NCBI GenBank assembly: GCA_019057375.1
Contig: DXJF01000094.1
Span: 1-59,501 of the forward strand
DNA length: 59,501 nt
Direction: 5' to 3'
Source: Candidatus Heimdallarchaeota archaeon
Lineage (GTDB): Archaea > Asgardarchaeota > Heimdallarchaeia > Heimdallarchaeales > Heimdallarchaeaceae
The position numbers were made by a program, and so were the translations under genes. This document shows positions 38,256-49,283 of the stretch, in pieces. Every line of letters begins with the position of its first letter. Within the stretch, counting starts at the first letter, position 1. The notes below the pieces were generated by a model. It ran no database searches, was not told the DNA's origin, and saw only the letters and a program-made list of their open reading frames with translations.

Positions 38256-38816
38256 GTGAAAATAATGGAGTTGAAACAAGTTATTGAAGAAAGACAAGCT
38301 TTGAGAGCTTTCCAACCTGTTGAAATAACAGATGATTTTGTTAAGGATATAGCCTATCTGGCCTCTAGAGCACCATCCTGTGGCAATAAGCAGCCTTGGA
38401 GATTTGTCTTTGTTAAAGATAAAACTGTTTTATCTGATCTACATGAAGCTCTTACTGGAGGTAATTATTGGGCTAAAGAAGCTTCAATGATAATAGCTGT
38501 TCATTCTCATCCTGATATGGGATGCTTAATCGGTCCTAGAGAATATTATCTCTTTGGGACAGGAATGGCTACCGCTCACTTAATGCTTTCAATTGTTGAC
38601 AAAGGTCTGGTAGCTCATGCTATGGCTGGCTTTAAAGAAGGTTTAGCCAAAGAAATTCTTAAAATTCCTGAAGAACATAGACTGATTGCATTACTTGCTA
38701 TTGGTAAAAAAAGTGATGATTTAAGTAAACTAGGAGAAAAACATCAAGAAGATGAAATAACCAGATCTTCAAGGAATCCATTTGAAGATTTTGCTCATAT
38801 TGACCGATATGAGTAA
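38256..38816 (+). CDS. Nitroreductase family protein
   Basis: RQALRAF and APSCGNKQPWRF motifs. Confidence 0.9.
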   Translation: MKIMELKQVIEERQALRAFQPVEITDDFVKDIAYLASRAPSCGNKQPWRFVFVKDKTVLSDLHEALTGGNYWAKEASMIIAVHSHPDMGCLIGPREYYLFGTGMATAHLMLSIVDKGLVAHAMAGFKEGLAKEILKIPEEHRLIALLAIGKKSDDLSKLGEKHQEDEITRSSRNPFEDFAHIDRYE

Positions 38817-38880
38817 ATTACTTTCTTTTAAAGTGACTAGGATTAGCCATAATCTTTTAAGAAGAAATACTTAATTAATA

Positions 38881-39750
38881 TTGTTATTTATGGAACCTAC
38901 TAGCAACAAAAAGACATTAAATGATATTAAAAATATTATTTCCAAAACATCTAAGGATGTGTCATATTTTATTCTTATACAGGTAATTTTAGGTTTGATC
39001 CTAACAATATTATTTGCAATAGCATATTATTTATTCTTTGCTGGTGATGTTTCTTCAATAGTTTCAAATTTCATAACTATTGATGTTTATTCACTTGTAG
39101 CAGGAATAGCTTTAATGTTTTTATATACTAGTTTTGGTTTCAAAGTACTTGCTTCTTTGACTATAATATTTTCACTTCTATATTTTGCAATAAATATTTT
39201 GTTATTTTCTTTAATTTTCAGGTTGAGTAGAAGCTTCAAACAACTTGAAGCAGAAGAAAAGACTCTGATACAAGCTTCAAAAATACAGAAATGGTTTATC
39301 GTTTATTTATCTCTTTCATCATTAGCATTCTTTCTCCCAAGTTTTGGTTGGATTATAGCTATCATGATTGCAAATGCTGTATTGAATATTAGTTTCTACA
39401 ATTTTCATGTAATCTTGAGCCGTTATGGACTCAAACCAACTGTCTTGAAGAATTCAGCTTATCACTTACTTGCTGGAAGTTTCATTACTATTGTTTTTGC
39501 ATTATTACTTTTCATTGATATTTTTTATCTTCCAGGAATGATAGTCGGATATATTTTCTATTACTTCGCGTTCAACAACATGAAGAATCACATTTTATTC
39601 GTTTCACCAGTAATGAGAGACACTCCTCCTCCCCCTTCAATACCAGCGCCTAGCGCTCCTCCTCCAAGACCAGTAATCAGTTCAAATGGGAAAATAGAAG
39701 TTGCCAAAGTTCCTTCCCCTCCAGCTTCTGATTATGATGAAGACAAGTAA
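38881..39750 (+). CDS. Polytopic membrane protein with Pro-rich C-terminal tail
   Basis: About 7 hydrophobic helices, then TPPPPSIPAPSAPPPRP...VPSPPAS. Confidence 0.75.
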   Translation: MLFMEPTSNKKTLNDIKNIISKTSKDVSYFILIQVILGLILTILFAIAYYLFFAGDVSSIVSNFITIDVYSLVAGIALMFLYTSFGFKVLASLTIIFSLLYFAINILLFSLIFRLSRSFKQLEAEEKTLIQASKIQKWFIVYLSLSSLAFFLPSFGWIIAIMIANAVLNISFYNFHVILSRYGLKPTVLKNSAYHLLAGSFITIVFALLLFIDIFYLPGMIVGYIFYYFAFNNMKNHILFVSPVMRDTPPPPSIPAPSAPPPRPVISSNGKIEVAKVPSPPASDYDEDK

Positions 39751-39775
39751 TAGGGAATCTAACAATCTTTCTGAA

Positions 39776-41371
39776 TCATTTGTTTTTTCTAATCCTTTTC
39801 TTCTTTCTTAGATAAAACACCAGAACTGCGACTCCAATAAGTACAACTAAACTTGGAATACCAACAGATAAACCTATTTTCAAGGCTTTTCTGTTGAGGT
39901 TATTAAAAATAATTGAACCTGTGGAACTAAACCTTTCTGATTCATTTGAGAGATGTCCAGCTTCATCAGCTACAACTAATGTAATGTTATGACTACCAGT
40001 TGTGATGTCATCAACTGAATATTGAATTTGAGCTGATTGCCAAAACTGTGGGAAGACAATTTGGCCTGTCTCTACGGTTACATCATCAATGTTAATGTAA
40101 TAGGTTCCATTGAAGTTTGTTTTTGATCTGAAATTGTACCAGTAATCCCATTCTAAGTAAGTAGAATTAACATCTTCGATAAATTGAGGTTCAGAAACGA
40201 TAGGGGCAAATCGTAATCTTTCCATACGATAAATACCAAAAACCTCATCTTCGATTTTAGGAAATGAAAGCTCCCAAACAATTTCTTGTTCCCTATTAAC
40301 CTCAACTAATCTTGCTCCAAGATCTGTATCAATGTGACTTGTTGTTCCAAAAACACCTAACATATTTTTATTGGGCAAAATGTCACAATCTCCCCACCAA
40401 CCACTAAAATAATCTTGAGGTGATGTCCATTCCCAAGAAACATTGGCTGTCATTTTATCCTCGTCTATAGTTATCTCTAATAATCTGGAGCGAAGATTAT
40501 CAGCGACTGTTTGATTATGTTGATCATTATCGAAATATATGAACTTGTTATCACTGATTTTCTCTAGTGCGTGTCCATGATAAAACATGATTTCCTGTTG
40601 ATTTCCATAAATATCGTATAAGGTGAAATTTCCATATTCTCCCAACCCCCATTCTATTTCACCTGTTTTATGATCTATTTTATAGAAAGTATTCAGATTC
40701 CGAGAGTTAAGATAAACTGAATCTTCCTTTTCATCATAAAAAATTGAGTTGAAGTGAGTAATGTCTCTAAGCTCTGACTCCATATCTTCAAAGGGACACC
40801 ATTGAGATTCATTTACGAAATCGATAGTATCTACTTCCCAAACGAGATTTCCATCTGGAGTGTATTCGTGAATCTGATCATAGAGATAATCTTCTCCCCC
40901 GATATTAATGACGTAAGCTTTTAGAACAAAATAAGTATCGTTTGCATAATTTCTTTCTACATCATGATGACCTGAAAAACTAAAATTCGTTGTTACATTT
41001 GTTTCAATATTCCAAAGTTTTGCATGTCCAAGTTCTGCATAAAGAATAGTGGTAGAATTTATGAATTCAGCTGCATTATCTGCTAAAACTCCTTCTATTG
41101 TCATCTCTCGCTCAAAGTAGATTTTGGCATCTAAATCTGTGATAAACATTGTTCGGTTTATTATTTCCCACCCCGAAGTGCTGTGTCTTTCCACAACAAA
41201 TAAATTGAATCCTTCAAAACGATCTAAACCAACATTATTGAGAACAATACATTCAAACAATTCATCTGAAAAAATATCTGAGTTTAAAAATCTATAATTT
41301 GGGACAAAGTTTAAAGAAAAGATTAGAATTAGAAAAAGTGCCCTAGATTTGATAGATGGAATGAGGAGCAT
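39776..41371 (-). CDS. Aryl-sulfate sulfotransferase-like beta-propeller, membrane anchored
   Basis: HHDVE, THFNSI, LNSRN, FYHGHA and FDND motifs; C-terminal TM plus Lys/Arg tail. Confidence 0.8.
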   Translation of the reverse strand: MLLIPSIKSRALFLILIFSLNFVPNYRFLNSDIFSDELFECIVLNNVGLDRFEGFNLFVVERHSTSGWEIINRTMFITDLDAKIYFEREMTIEGVLADNAAEFINSTTILYAELGHAKLWNIETNVTTNFSFSGHHDVERNYANDTYFVLKAYVINIGGEDYLYDQIHEYTPDGNLVWEVDTIDFVNESQWCPFEDMESELRDITHFNSIFYDEKEDSVYLNSRNLNTFYKIDHKTGEIEWGLGEYGNFTLYDIYGNQQEIMFYHGHALEKISDNKFIYFDNDQHNQTVADNLRSRLLEITIDEDKMTANVSWEWTSPQDYFSGWWGDCDILPNKNMLGVFGTTSHIDTDLGARLVEVNREQEIVWELSFPKIEDEVFGIYRMERLRFAPIVSEPQFIEDVNSTYLEWDYWYNFRSKTNFNGTYYINIDDVTVETGQIVFPQFWQSAQIQYSVDDITTGSHNITLVVADEAGHLSNESERFSSTGSIIFNNLNRKALKIGLSVGIPSLVVLIGVAVLVFYLRKKKRIRKNK

Positions 41372-41526
41372 TATTAATTCTTCCGTATTTTAAGAGTTAA
41401 ATAGTTTTCTTAGTGTCTGTACTTTATGTTTTTATCAAATATCTGCTTTGTTTTAATGAAGTAACAAATAGTTCAGAACCTAAGAATTTTTGTTCTTTGG
41501 ATACTATTTAAAGTGAAAATTCTATC

Positions 41527-43629
41527 TTGTACTTGAAGAAAATGTCTAAGGCAAATCATCTAATAAATGAACAAAGTCCATATTTACTTCAGCACGCTTA
41601 CAATCCTGTAGACTGGTATCCCTGGGGAGAAGAAGCATTCAATAAAGCTGTCAAAGAGGATAAGCCAATTTTTCTTTCCGTAGGTTACTCTACTTGCCAC
41701 TGGTGCCATGTAATGGAACATGAATCTTTTGAAGACCAAGAAGTAGCTAAAATTCTAAATGATAATTATATTTCAATTAAAGTAGATAGAGAAGAACGTC
41801 CGGATATTGACAGTATCTATATGACCGTAACTCAAATGATGACAGGTAGAGGAGGTTGGCCAATGACCATCATCATGACTCCTGAGAAGAAGCCATTTTT
41901 TGCTGGAACATACATTCCCAAAATCAGTAGATTTGGCATGACGGGTTTGATTGATTTGCTTAATCAGATTGTTGAGATTTGGAAATCAAAAAGAAAAGAT
42001 ATTCTCAAAACAGCTGAAGAAATAACAACTCATCTTCATGAATCAACATTTTTATCTCAATCTGACTATAATGGTGATGAATTACTCATCCGTGGATTTG
42101 ATGAGTTAGATAATAGATTTGATGAAATATTAGGGGGATTTGGTTCTCAACCAAAGTTTCCCTCACCTCATAATCTTCTCTTTCTTCTTAGATATTGGAA
42201 AAGATTCAATGATCCTATAGCATTACAAATGGTTGAAACAACATTACAGAAGATGAGATTAGGCGGAATATTTGATCATGTTGGTTTTGGCTTCCACCGA
42301 TATTCAACAGATAGACATTGGTTAGTTCCGCATTTTGAGAAAATGTTATACGATCAAGCAATGTTGACATTAGCCTACACTGAAGCTTATCAGATTACAA
42401 AAAAGGAAGAATATAAACAAACTATAGAAGAAATTCTGGAATATGTTATGAGAGATATGACTTCTCAAGAGGGTGGTTTTTATTCAGCAGAAGATGCAGA
42501 TAATGAAGGAGAAGAGGGTAAATTCTATATCTGGTCACATCAAGAGATAACAGAAATGCTTGATGATAAGGAAGCAGAGTTAGCCATCCGTATATTTAAT
42601 ATATCACATTCTGGTAACTTTCTAGATGAAGCATCTCAGCAGAAATCTTCCTCAAATATTCCCCATTTGAAGAAACACATTATTGAATTTAGTGAGGAAC
42701 TGAAACTAGAAGGAAAGGAACTGAAAGAATCAATTGAACACATTCGTCAAAAAATCTTTGATGAAAGAAAGAAAAGAATACATCCATTAAAGGATGACAA
42801 AATCCTAACTGACTGGAATGGTTTGATGATAGCTGCTTTTTCAAAAGCATCTCAAGTTCTAGGAGAAAAAAAATACCAGAAAGTAGCAGAAAAAGCTGTA
42901 GGCTTCATTTTCAGTAAATTATATCAGAAGGATGGAAGACTACTACATAGATATAGAAATGGACAATCTGTTATTTCAGCTAATTTAGATGATTATGCTT
43001 TTATGATCTGGGGATTGCTTGAACTTTATGAAACTAGCTATAATCCTGAGTATCTGAAAAAAGCAATTAATCTAAATGAAATTCTCCTCAAGCACTTCTG
43101 GGATGAAGATACTGGTGCTTTCTTTTTTACAACTGATGACGGTGAAGAACTTCTAGTTAGGGAAAAAAATGTCTATGATGGGGCTATACCATCAGGAAAT
43201 TCAGTTTCAATGTATAATCTGTTAAGACTATCCAAGATAACATCAGAAGTAAGTTTAGAGAAAAAAGCTGATGAACTACTGAAAACTTTCGCTAATCAAA
43301 TAAATAAGATACCGTCAGCTTTTACTTTTATTCTCACAGCTCTTGATTTCGCTATAGGACCTTCAGTTGAGATTATAATTGTAGCAAATAAAGGAGATAG
43401 TTCAGTCAAAGCGTTTCTGGAGAAACTAAAAGATCAATATGCTCCAAACAAAGTAGTTATTCTAAAATATCTAGAAGATGACTCACTGCTAGAGAATATA
43501 GAAATCTTAAAGGAATACAAGCTTGTAAATAATAAAGTAACAGCATATGTGTGCAAAGATTTTGTTTGTAAGCAACCTACAAACGATCCAGAAATAATGA
43601 TTAAGGAATTGACTAGCAATGAGAATTAA
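41527..43629 (+). CDS. YyaL/SPATA20-like thioredoxin-domain glycosidase-fold protein
   Basis: [41 protein letters not shown] and DDKILTDWN motifs. Confidence 0.93.
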   Translation: MYLKKMSKANHLINEQSPYLLQHAYNPVDWYPWGEEAFNKAVKEDKPIFLSVGYSTCHWCHVMEHESFEDQEVAKILNDNYISIKVDREERPDIDSIYMTVTQMMTGRGGWPMTIIMTPEKKPFFAGTYIPKISRFGMTGLIDLLNQIVEIWKSKRKDILKTAEEITTHLHESTFLSQSDYNGDELLIRGFDELDNRFDEILGGFGSQPKFPSPHNLLFLLRYWKRFNDPIALQMVETTLQKMRLGGIFDHVGFGFHRYSTDRHWLVPHFEKMLYDQAMLTLAYTEAYQITKKEEYKQTIEEILEYVMRDMTSQEGGFYSAEDADNEGEEGKFYIWSHQEITEMLDDKEAELAIRIFNISHSGNFLDEASQQKSSSNIPHLKKHIIEFSEELKLEGKELKESIEHIRQKIFDERKKRIHPLKDDKILTDWNGLMIAAFSKASQVLGEKKYQKVAEKAVGFIFSKLYQKDGRLLHRYRNGQSVISANLDDYAFMIWGLLELYETSYNPEYLKKAINLNEILLKHFWDEDTGAFFFTTDDGEELLVREKNVYDGAIPSGNSVSMYNLLRLSKITSEVSLEKKADELLKTFANQINKIPSAFTFILTALDFAIGPSVEIIIVANKGDSSVKAFLEKLKDQYAPNKVVILKYLEDDSLLENIEILKEYKLVNNKVTAYVCKDFVCKQPTNDPEIMIKELTSNEN

Positions 43630-44629
43630 GCTTGATCTATCAAGTTTTGAACAATTTTGGCATATAGTTGGAATTTTAGAAAGTTCTTCTAATCCTTCAG
43701 AAGATGATTGGAACAAATTATTCGATACACCAGGTTATAGTGCACTTATTGCTTCAGAATTTAATAAGGACTTTTTCAAACAAAGTTTTATTGCAGCTTT
43801 TGACCCTGAAAAAGAAGAAACATTAGAAAAGATGCTAGAGGGTAAAACAAGCCGATATCTCAAATATTATTCCCAAGTAAAAAAAGATAAGAAAACATAT
43901 GAAAAAAATGTAAAGCTAATTGAGGAAAAATGGAAGAAACTCCATGAAAGTATCTATGCAAGAGCTTCTGCTTTTTTACCTTATGGGGAATTAGAGGAAA
44001 ATCCTACTGTCTCAATTCTTATTTTTGATACAGATGCAAGAGGTTATGAAACTATAGTAATAGATGCAATATTTGCTAATAGATTAGAAGATTTTGTTTC
44101 ACTAGCTGCTCATGAAGTTCATCATTTCTATCGAAATCAAATGCTAGAGTATGATAAAGAGGATATAGAAGAAGAAGACAAGGATTTGATCTGGGTAATT
44201 AATCAAATTCATGCAGAAGGAATTGCTGACCACATTGACAAGGGCCTTTTTATTTATGGAGGCATTGAAACAGCTTTTCCTAAAGCATATGTGAAATATT
44301 TCAAAGAATCTGTTAAACGTGCCCCTGAAATAATAAAAGAAATCAATGTTGTTATTGAAAATTTTATAAGTAATAAGTTAACAAATAAGGAATTAGGTCT
44401 AGAAATCAAGAAAATTGTTCCCCTTGCTGGTCATCCTTTAGGATATTATATGGCAAATATAGTAATAAAGAATGCACATTTTGATGAGCTGATTAGAACT
44501 GTAGGTAATCCCTTTAAATTCTATGAACTATACAATAAAGCTGCTAAACTGGATAGAGAAAAATTATCTTTGTTCTCAGATATTTCCTTAGGTTTAATTG
44601 AAGAATTAGAGAAAAAATACGTTAAATAG
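43619..44629 (+). CDS. Putative Zn-dependent metalloprotease (resembles DUF5700)
   Basis: AHEVHH (HExxH) with downstream EGIAD; overlaps the upstream gene. Confidence 0.7.
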   Translation: MRIKLDLSSFEQFWHIVGILESSSNPSEDDWNKLFDTPGYSALIASEFNKDFFKQSFIAAFDPEKEETLEKMLEGKTSRYLKYYSQVKKDKKTYEKNVKLIEEKWKKLHESIYARASAFLPYGELEENPTVSILIFDTDARGYETIVIDAIFANRLEDFVSLAAHEVHHFYRNQMLEYDKEDIEEEDKDLIWVINQIHAEGIADHIDKGLFIYGGIETAFPKAYVKYFKESVKRAPEIIKEINVVIENFISNKLTNKELGLEIKKIVPLAGHPLGYYMANIVIKNAHFDELIRTVGNPFKFYELYNKAAKLDREKLSLFSDISLGLIEELEKKYVK

Positions 44630-44696
44630 ATGAATATTTCTTCGCTGGAAAATCTAACAAGGATACTTAAAAAAGTATTCATGCCTATTCCATTTC

Positions 44697-45185
44697 TTAT
44701 ATCAATTCCTGAACTGCTCGTTTAGTTTGAGATAGTAGCAAAATGAGATATAAAATTCCTCCAATAGCTAGGAAATATCTTCCTAAATATGCTATAAACA
44801 AGAGATAAAGCTGCCAACCTCCTAAGGGTGGGAACAAGAATATCACAAAGAATAGAAGATATACTACAGCTGCAAGAAGTGCTGTAACATTTAGGAAACT
44901 TCTGTCAAAGGATTTTATTATTGAAGCAACAATTGCTACAATTATGTAAACACTTACAAGAACTATCGAGATGATCATAGAAAGTTTGTAATTAAACAAT
45001 GGATTAAGATCAAATGTATCTGGATTTAAAGCTACACTAATTGGATTAACAAACATTACGTCTCTAACTACAACAAAATGATCTAGAATAATTGGGAATA
45101 CTAGATTTATCAGAAAGAATAACAAATGCATTTGAGATATTTTACTTTTTGGAATCCCAACTATATCTTCATCTTTAATTTCCAT
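44697..45185 (-). CDS. Small membrane protein (about 4 TM)
   Basis: Hydrophobic 162-aa ORF, co-oriented with the aminotransferase gene. Confidence 0.65.
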   Translation of the reverse strand: MEIKDEDIVGIPKSKISQMHLLFFLINLVFPIILDHFVVVRDVMFVNPISVALNPDTFDLNPLFNYKLSMIISIVLVSVYIIVAIVASIIKSFDRSFLNVTALLAAVVYLLFFVIFLFPPLGGWQLYLLFIAYLGRYFLAIGGILYLILLLSQTKRAVQELI

Positions 45186-45238
45186 AAGGTTCCGTATACT
45201 GAAACCAAGATAAATATTTCGTAATCCTTGTTCTTGAA

Positions 45239-46465
45239 TTATATATTAGTTAGTCTTTTTTCAATTCTTAATAGAGCATCTTTAATCGTTTCAAGTTTGT
45301 GAGAAAATGAGAATCTAACATACTTAGATCCATCAGATTCCTTTCTTCCTGTTGTTTCGTAAAAACTTGAACCTGGAACTGTAGCTACTCCTTCATCTTT
45401 AACTAGAAAGTCAGCGAACTCTAAATCATTCATTCCAAAACTTGAAATGTCTGCAAGAAGATAGTACGCTCCCTTAGGTTCCATTACTCCAAATCCTAGT
45501 TTGCGGAGACCATTAACTATTTCATCTCGGTTCTTCTGATAACGGTTTTTGAGTGACTCAAAATAGTCTTGTTGTAAATTATATGCTTTCAAGGCTGCAA
45601 ATTGCATAATGGTGGGAGCACAAATTGTCAGATAATCATGAACCTTCCTTATTCCTGTCATTAATTCTTTTTCTGCAGCAACATATCCAACTCTCCATCC
45701 AGTGATAGAGAATGTTTTACTATAGCCAGAAATAGTAATTGTTCTCTCGAACATGTTATTTAGACTTGCAGGACTGATATGAACAACATCATCATAGATA
45801 ATGTGCTCATAGATTTCATCAGTAATAGCTATGAGATTATTATCATTACAGATGTCACTAAGAAAGCTCAATTCTTCTTTTGAAAAAACTCTTCCTGAAG
45901 GATTGTGAGGTGTATTTATAATAACAGCTTTTGTCTTATCACCAATTTTATTCTTGAAATTCTCCTCATCAATACTAAAATCTTTCTCAGACAGCTTCAC
46001 AAAAATAGGTTTTCCATCAGCTATATATGCGATAGGAACATAGTTCTCATACCATGGTTCTAATACAAGTATCTCATCTAATGGATTAAGTAGAGAGAGA
46101 ATGCTACTAGCGATTGCTTCACTTGCACCACAAGTAATAGTTATTTCATCTTCTGGATTATATTGGATTTTATTGTAGGATTCATATTTACTAGCAATTT
46201 TTTCTCTAAGATCATTTCTGCCATAGGTAACTGTATATTGATGTTCATTGTGATTAATTGCTTCTGTAATCCCTTCTGTGAGTTCTTCTGGAGGAGAATA
46301 ATCTGGCATCCCTTGAGAAAGATTAATAGCATTGTATTCATTTGCCTTTCGAGTCATTTCTCTAATAACTGACTCTTGAAAATAGGAAAGTCTATCAGCT
46401 AGATGAGTCATCAAATAATTGCTAAATTCACTGCTTATTATTTTTTCTGAAAAAAAGCTAATCAT
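45239..46465 (-). CDS. Class I/II PLP aminotransferase (likely start near 46411)
   Basis: AINLSQGMPD, NTPHNPSG, DEIYE and SKTFSITGWRVG motifs. Confidence 0.93.
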   Translation of the reverse strand: MISFFSEKIISSEFSNYLMTHLADRLSYFQESVIREMTRKANEYNAINLSQGMPDYSPPEELTEGITEAINHNEHQYTVTYGRNDLREKIASKYESYNKIQYNPEDEITITCGASEAIASSILSLLNPLDEILVLEPWYENYVPIAYIADGKPIFVKLSEKDFSIDEENFKNKIGDKTKAVIINTPHNPSGRVFSKEELSFLSDICNDNNLIAITDEIYEHIIYDDVVHISPASLNNMFERTITISGYSKTFSITGWRVGYVAAEKELMTGIRKVHDYLTICAPTIMQFAALKAYNLQQDYFESLKNRYQKNRDEIVNGLRKLGFGVMEPKGAYYLLADISSFGMNDLEFADFLVKDEGVATVPGSSFYETTGRKESDGSKYVRFSFSHKLETIKDALLRIEKRLTNI

Positions 46466-47387
46466 CCACTGTGAAAAACTGTGTTTTTCTAATATTGATT
46501 AAACCAAGCATAGACATATCTTCTATCATTTCAATGAAATGGAGAAAATTCATTGCTGATTCTGCTTTGAAGAAAATATCTAGAAGTGTCTTATATTGGT
46601 TGCCTATGCAATATGTAAGAAGTTTCTCATAAGATTCGAAATCTGTTCCCTTTCTTTCGCTTTGTATTTTTGGCCATTGTCTTCTAAAAGTTGCATAAGA
46701 TTTCAAAGACGCTATTGGAAAGGAGCTTTTAGCATGGAGGATCATATCCAACTCAATGATACTCTCTCCTGTAGGGGGTTCAGAAATTTTAGGGTCAAGA
46801 TAAAGAATCATGAAAGAAAGCATTTCTTCATCTAGTAAAACTATAGCCTCCAATATAGAAGCTAATTGTTTCAACCAATCTTCAGCAACGTTAATATCGA
46901 TATTCTTAGATATTTTTGTTTCAATATCTATAAAATCTAAATCGGAAGTTACTTTAAGCAAATTTCCATCTCCTTTTTCTTTAAGTTGAAAATGGGTTTG
47001 CCTCAACCTGTCAACGATTTTTAAGGATTTAAGATTCTTATATTTGTAACTCTTTTCAGGTTCGATTTTGGCTATTTTAAAGTCAACTTTTTTAGGAACA
47101 GGTATTTGCATTGCAGAGATTTCTTGAGTTGATATATCATCTCCAACTCTAACAGGTACTTGTGATCTTACAACCATGTTCTTATCTACATAGATAATGT
47201 TAGCATTTAATCTGTCATCTGCACAAGCATGAATATCAACATATTCGACGTATCCTTTCTCATCAACTGAGTGATGTAATGATGGTAAAACATAGAGGAT
47301 TCTTTTAGATTTACAGATGTTGCACTCGTAATCTATTTTACGTCGTCCAGTTTTAATGCTCAATCTTAAGACCTCTACAATGCTCAA
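46458..47387 (-). CDS. Hypothetical protein with N-terminal CxxC and probable C-terminal winged helix
   Basis: 309-aa ORF; ECNIC...HAC near the N-terminus; no family recognised. Confidence 0.65.
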   Translation of the reverse strand: MSIVEVLRLSIKTGRRKIDYECNICKSKRILYVLPSLHHSVDEKGYVEYVDIHACADDRLNANIIYVDKNMVVRSQVPVRVGDDISTQEISAMQIPVPKKVDFKIAKIEPEKSYKYKNLKSLKIVDRLRQTHFQLKEKGDGNLLKVTSDLDFIDIETKISKNIDINVAEDWLKQLASILEAIVLLDEEMLSFMILYLDPKISEPPTGESIIELDMILHAKSSFPIASLKSYATFRRQWPKIQSERKGTDFESYEKLLTYCIGNQYKTLLDIFFKAESAMNFLHFIEMIEDMSMLGLINIRKTQFFTVDD

Positions 47388-47493
47388 TAGTGAGTAATAC
47401 AGTATGCCATATATATTTTTCTTTATTTAGATGCTAAACCGATAAAATTTAAAACTGAACAAATATGCAAAAATCTTTTATTCGATGAAATAA

Positions 47494-48105
47494 TTGCTTT
47501 TTTGTATGGATGTTGGAACATTTTTCCTTTTAGTATGGTATGGTCTAGTTTTTGGAGCTCCTATTTATGCTTGTAATTCTTTCGCTAGTCTTAGTAAATT
47601 CATTCCTTTCCTCGGTGTCCCTGTAGATGGAGGGAAAAACTGGAAAGATGGAAGAAGGATTTTTGGAGATCATAAGACTTGGAGAGGGATTATCTTTGGA
47701 ATTATCTTTGGAACTGTAACAGGTGTTGTTGTTTGGTACTTGTGCTACATTAAATGGGACGTCTTTGTTCTAGCTGATAAGTACACTACTTCCTTTTCGC
47801 CAACAAAATCTGCTTATCCGGTGTTTCCTTGGTACATAGGCTTTTTCATGAGTATTGGTGATCACTTTGCAGATTTGTTAGGGTCATTTATTAAAAGAAG
47901 GATAAATATTCCGTCAGGAGGAGCTTTGCCACTATATGATCAAGGATCTTGGATGGTTACTGGTCTTCTATTTGCTTTACCCTTTGTATGGGGAGTAAGC
48001 CACTTATGGTTTTATGTCATAGCTTTGATAATTTTGACACCAGCTTTGCACTTCGTAACAAATATTGCTGCATACTTCCTGAAGTTAAAAGATGTTTGGT
48101 ACTGA
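47494..48105 (+). CDS. carS: CDP-archaeol synthase (likely start ATG 47506)
   Basis: PVDGGKNWKDGRRIFGDHKTWRG, GDHFADLLGSFIKRR, LYDQ and HFVTN..AYFLKLKDVWY motifs. Confidence 0.92.
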   Translation: MLFCMDVGTFFLLVWYGLVFGAPIYACNSFASLSKFIPFLGVPVDGGKNWKDGRRIFGDHKTWRGIIFGIIFGTVTGVVVWYLCYIKWDVFVLADKYTTSFSPTKSAYPVFPWYIGFFMSIGDHFADLLGSFIKRRINIPSGGALPLYDQGSWMVTGLLFALPFVWGVSHLWFYVIALIILTPALHFVTNIAAYFLKLKDVWY

Positions 48106-48190
48106 ATTACCAACTTTTTTATATGCTGCATCGAAACTATTTTATCCGGTGTAAGAATATAACACTATTGTACTAAAGTGATTGTAAATT

Positions 48191-49270
48191 ATGAATCCTG
48201 AAGAGAATGTTACCTTAATTCAAGAAACGTTTGATATCATTTTCCAAAACAGTATGGATATGATATATTTAGTAGATACAGAAGGGATAATTCACGATGC
48301 TAATATCCAAGCTTGTAGATATCTAGGCAAAACTATTCAAGATATAAAAAATACTGAATTAAAGAAATTCATTAAGGAAAAGGGAGGTTTTCAAGAGCTA
48401 TTAAAAGATACTAAAGAACAAGGAAGTAAATTTAAACGATTGAATTTCATAACAGAAAACAAAATTGAAATCCCCTTTCATATTTCATCAAGTCTATTGA
48501 AATCACTTGAGCAAAATTTCATTGTCTTAATGTGTAGAGATATCACTGACATAATAGATTCAGCAATGCAGAGAAAATTCCTCTTTGAGCTATTTCAACA
48601 CGATTTATTAAATAATCTCCATGCAGAATTAGGCTATATAGATTTCTTTCGACGAATCTTTAACAAAGAAGAAGTTGCTCAAGAGACAGTGGAACAATTG
48701 CTCAACAAGATGAGAGATATTACAATCAGATCTATTTATCTCATTCAAAATGCTAACATCAATCTCCTTTTACAAGAGGAAAGACCTTTATCGAATCAGA
48801 AAATAGCAGATGTCATCAATCATGCTATAAGATATCTCAACAATTTCTTTGCTAAGCAGATTAGGACAGAAGTAACCCATATGGAAGATCTTGTGGTTCT
48901 AGGGGATGAATATTTACACAGAATAATTGTTAACCTTATAGTCAGAATGATTGAGTATACTGACGATAAGGTAGAAGTGGAAATTTATGTAACTAAACCA
49001 AGGCAGGATAGGATTAATATCAAGTTACATTTTGAGGGAATATCTTTATCACATGATGCTAAATCTGAAATTCTGGAAATAGCGGACCTTGATACAAAGA
49101 AGTTGGATGTTGCAGTCACACAGAGTATGCTAGAACGATATGGTTTAACTCTTAAGATAGAAAGTGTCAAACGTTTAGGAGAAACAGTTGGAACTAGAAT
49201 GAATATAACTTTTCCTAATATTGAATGGGAAAAAATAGATGCTGAAGAAAAACAAAAGAAGAAAAAGTAA
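48191..49270 (+). CDS. PAS-domain sensor with degenerate histidine-kinase module
   Basis: PAS (SMDMIYLVD..G.I..AN), H-box HDLLNNL and an eroded HATPase domain. Confidence 0.75.
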   Translation: MNPEENVTLIQETFDIIFQNSMDMIYLVDTEGIIHDANIQACRYLGKTIQDIKNTELKKFIKEKGGFQELLKDTKEQGSKFKRLNFITENKIEIPFHISSSLLKSLEQNFIVLMCRDITDIIDSAMQRKFLFELFQHDLLNNLHAELGYIDFFRRIFNKEEVAQETVEQLLNKMRDITIRSIYLIQNANINLLLQEERPLSNQKIADVINHAIRYLNNFFAKQIRTEVTHMEDLVVLGDEYLHRIIVNLIVRMIEYTDDKVEVEIYVTKPRQDRINIKLHFEGISLSHDAKSEILEIADLDTKKLDVAVTQSMLERYGLTLKIESVKRLGETVGTRMNITFPNIEWEKIDAEEKQKKKK

Positions 49271-49283
49271 TTCTCACAAGTAT

